Of a stretch of 64,000 nt of DNA, positions 61,801 through 64,000 are shown piece after piece. The stretch's first letter is position 1. The number at the start of each line of letters is the position of its first letter. Source of the stretch: Acanthaster planci (taxonomy: Eukaryota); contig NW_019091360.1 of assembly GCF_001949145.1 (NCBI RefSeq), positions 2,415,599 to 2,479,598 of the forward strand, read 5' to 3'. The position numbers were made by a program, and so were the translations under genes. Under the pieces are notes generated by a model. It was not told the DNA's origin. It saw only the letters and a program-made list of their open reading frames with translations, and did no database searches.

Positions 61801-63643
61801 ATTTGTGACCTGTCACGACAAAATAAGAGTAAAGTGGCATCCCGTTCTTTTCTATTTTTAGGGTTAAAAGTCATATTGACGGTCAATTTTTTGATTTTGT
61901 AATATTGGAAAGAGTAACTTGTCCGCTATTTAATTCTAAATACAGAGATGCCAACATTAACCACTTGCTGCCAGGGAGCCCAGTTTTGGGCAAGTATTCT
62001 TTATATGCATAGCCGGGGTTCCCAAAATCTGACAAAGGGAATTGGGCCTTTAACAAAAGACCGTACTGGGAACAAAAGACCAGGCTGCTGGGAATTACCA
62101 ACGTTTTTTCACTGTCAATAATGGAGATAATCCACTATTTTTTTGAAATAGTATACCACTGTTCGGAGCATTCAGTGCGAATGGATTACCACAGGGGACA
62201 AAAGTGCTCCAACACCCCAGCGATGAGCCACATAGTATCGCTGCACGCTAATTTGGCCCCTATTGAAAAGACATCAGCAGCGCACTGTGCCAGTTTCATG
62301 AACAAACGAAAATTATGTAACACTGCACAATCTGGGCTCTTTTTACAAGACAGCAGGCCTGGCTGAAATACTCCAGCGTCAATAGATGTTGTCTGTCAGA
62401 TTAGATCAGAAACCAGACAGTCCTTCATGTGATGTCCAGTAAATGAAGATTTTAATTTAATTTTGAAAACGGAAACAAATGAAAAATTTGGCGAAATGTG
62501 GTTAACAATTTAGGCGTAATTTAAAAAAAATTTTTCTCCAATTACGAATTTATATATATATCATATTTTATGATTTTTCAAATCAAGTGAATTTTGTGAA
62601 GAAAGTATGAAAACACACGCCTTGACTCCTTTTACTTCATATAACATGTACTGTAAATGCATTGTTTGGTATTAGTCTATAGGTTGGCAAGTGTAGCGCC
62701 CAAAACGGCACAAGTAATCTTGTCAATCTATCTGTAGCAGTGTCGGAAATGGGTTTGAAGAGCTACGGCTACTATTATTGCATATTTCCAATGCAGCAAA
62801 GACCAAGATAGCTCTTGCTCTATGTAACGGATTCGGATACAACGCTAGATTGTTCGCAATCTAGCACCTAAAATAGTCGATAGTAGTAGCTAGATCGGAA
62901 ACCAGCCAACTGTGCAGTCAACTCGGCTCACTCTGGCGCGTGATATGGATACTAATGGTTTCAACATTTACTGTACACTGTACGCCTGTTTACAATACAG
63001 TTATTCGACGTTTATGCACCAGAAAACATTAAAGTTTCCTAAAAATAATGGAGTAATTCCACCAGAAATTTGAGGAGTACACCAAAAAGTGGAACTTCGT
63101 TGTAAAATCAGGTTGCAGTGAAAAATTTGCATTCATTCTGCAACCTGTGTCGGTGCAACATTAACATTGTCCACGGCGGAGCCTACATGTACGTAGGCTA
63201 TGACATCGACAAGCACAGTAAAACGAAAAAACATGTTGGATTTTCATCATTAACAGGTATGTGTACACACACACATACATGTACATGTGTACATAGGCTA
63301 AGAAATATTTTGCCTGAGGCATGTGGCTTGTTTCAAATTACTCTTTTTTGAGTTGCAATGTTGGCATCTCTGTAAATATTTTGCAGGATCATATATTTAA
63401 AAGTGTCATTTTCTCAGCAATTTTGACGATAACATTTATGCCTGGTCAGAAATGTTGAAACAGTGTCGGGAACAAAGATGCAAAACTGCCAGAATAATGT
63501 CAATTGGCATCTTATACTCTTATACCCTGAGTATTCCATGTACATACCACTGGAAAGCTCTTTTCTGCTGAATTAAAAAATACCAATATCTTAATTTTTG
63601 AAACTTCCGACTTTTAGCTTATTTTGTGGTGGTAGGTCACATT
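61801..63643. mobile_element. Unclassified ~1.8-kb non-autonomous DNA element with ~35-bp imperfect TIRs, hosting a nested piggyBac MITE
   Basis: Left end ATTTGTGACCTGTCACGACAAAATAAGAGTAAAGT; reverse complement of the right end AAATGTGACCTACCACCACAAAATAAGCTAAAAGT. Confidence 0.6.
61957..62505. mobile_element. piggyBac-like MITE, family A copy (nested)
   Basis: TTAA|CCACTTGCTGCCAGGG ... GGCGAAATGTGG|TTAA. The body is the reverse complement of the 24848-25425 copy. Confidence 0.85.
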
Positions 63644-64000
63644 TTTACCTTTTCTCTTGAGAGCATATCTTGTTGTCTCATCCAAAATGTACATTATTAG
63701 TGACTAGTCACGTATTTACCCATTATCAGCAGGAACCGACTCTAAATCACTTGTGTTTTTCCCCAACATGTGCCTAGTTGAGCAATGATTCTGTTTCACG
63801 TAAGTTGTGCTGTTTTGGATTTATTTGTTGCCCCTTAATTCTGTACTTTCATTGCAGTGTGTAAAAGTCATTTACCTTTCAGCTTGCATGTATGCTGAAT
63901 CATTTGTGATAAAATTATCTCTATACCGCTCCTTTTTTGCCCTGAAAAGCAGAGGAAAACGATCTGGAGATTGTTAAGAGTTTGTACCTTGGCACACAGA

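Overview
Eukaryotic, intron-rich, invertebrate-metazoan genomic window (about 40% GC, three N gaps). The gene and repeat style suggests an echinoderm or other invertebrate deuterostome, but this is inference. I reconstructed four protein-coding genes by reading splice sites and frames: an intronless class A GPCR (+, 4864-5820); prohibitin-1 (-, 6 coding exons, 277 aa); La/SSB (+, 12 coding exons, 420 aa), head-to-head with PHB1; and PTPN23/HD-PTP (+, at least 22 coding exons, running off the right edge). Several features are invisible in the ORF track. (i) Three consecutive La introns each hold a box C/D snoRNA paralogue with a guide complementary to 18S rRNA (SNORD110/Um1288-like). (ii) A U12-type minor intron interrupts the La motif. 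(iii) Two minimal type-I hammerhead ribozyme motifs of the Penelope-associated kind are present, one with an intact core. (iv) A ~3.9 kb degenerate ~60-bp satellite has a GAAA-tetraloop hairpin plus a CTAGGCCTAG palindrome in its monomer, apparent compensatory changes and a ~0.9-0.95 kb higher-order period. (v) A duplicated ACA-ending motif sits near the 3' ends of two PHB1 introns. Many non-autonomous transposons are also present: piggyBac-like TTAA MITEs, hAT MITEs with 8-bp TSDs, tRNA-derived SINEs, a decayed Penelope RT/GIY-YIG element and a candidate solo LTR. Most short ORFs in the track are spurious.
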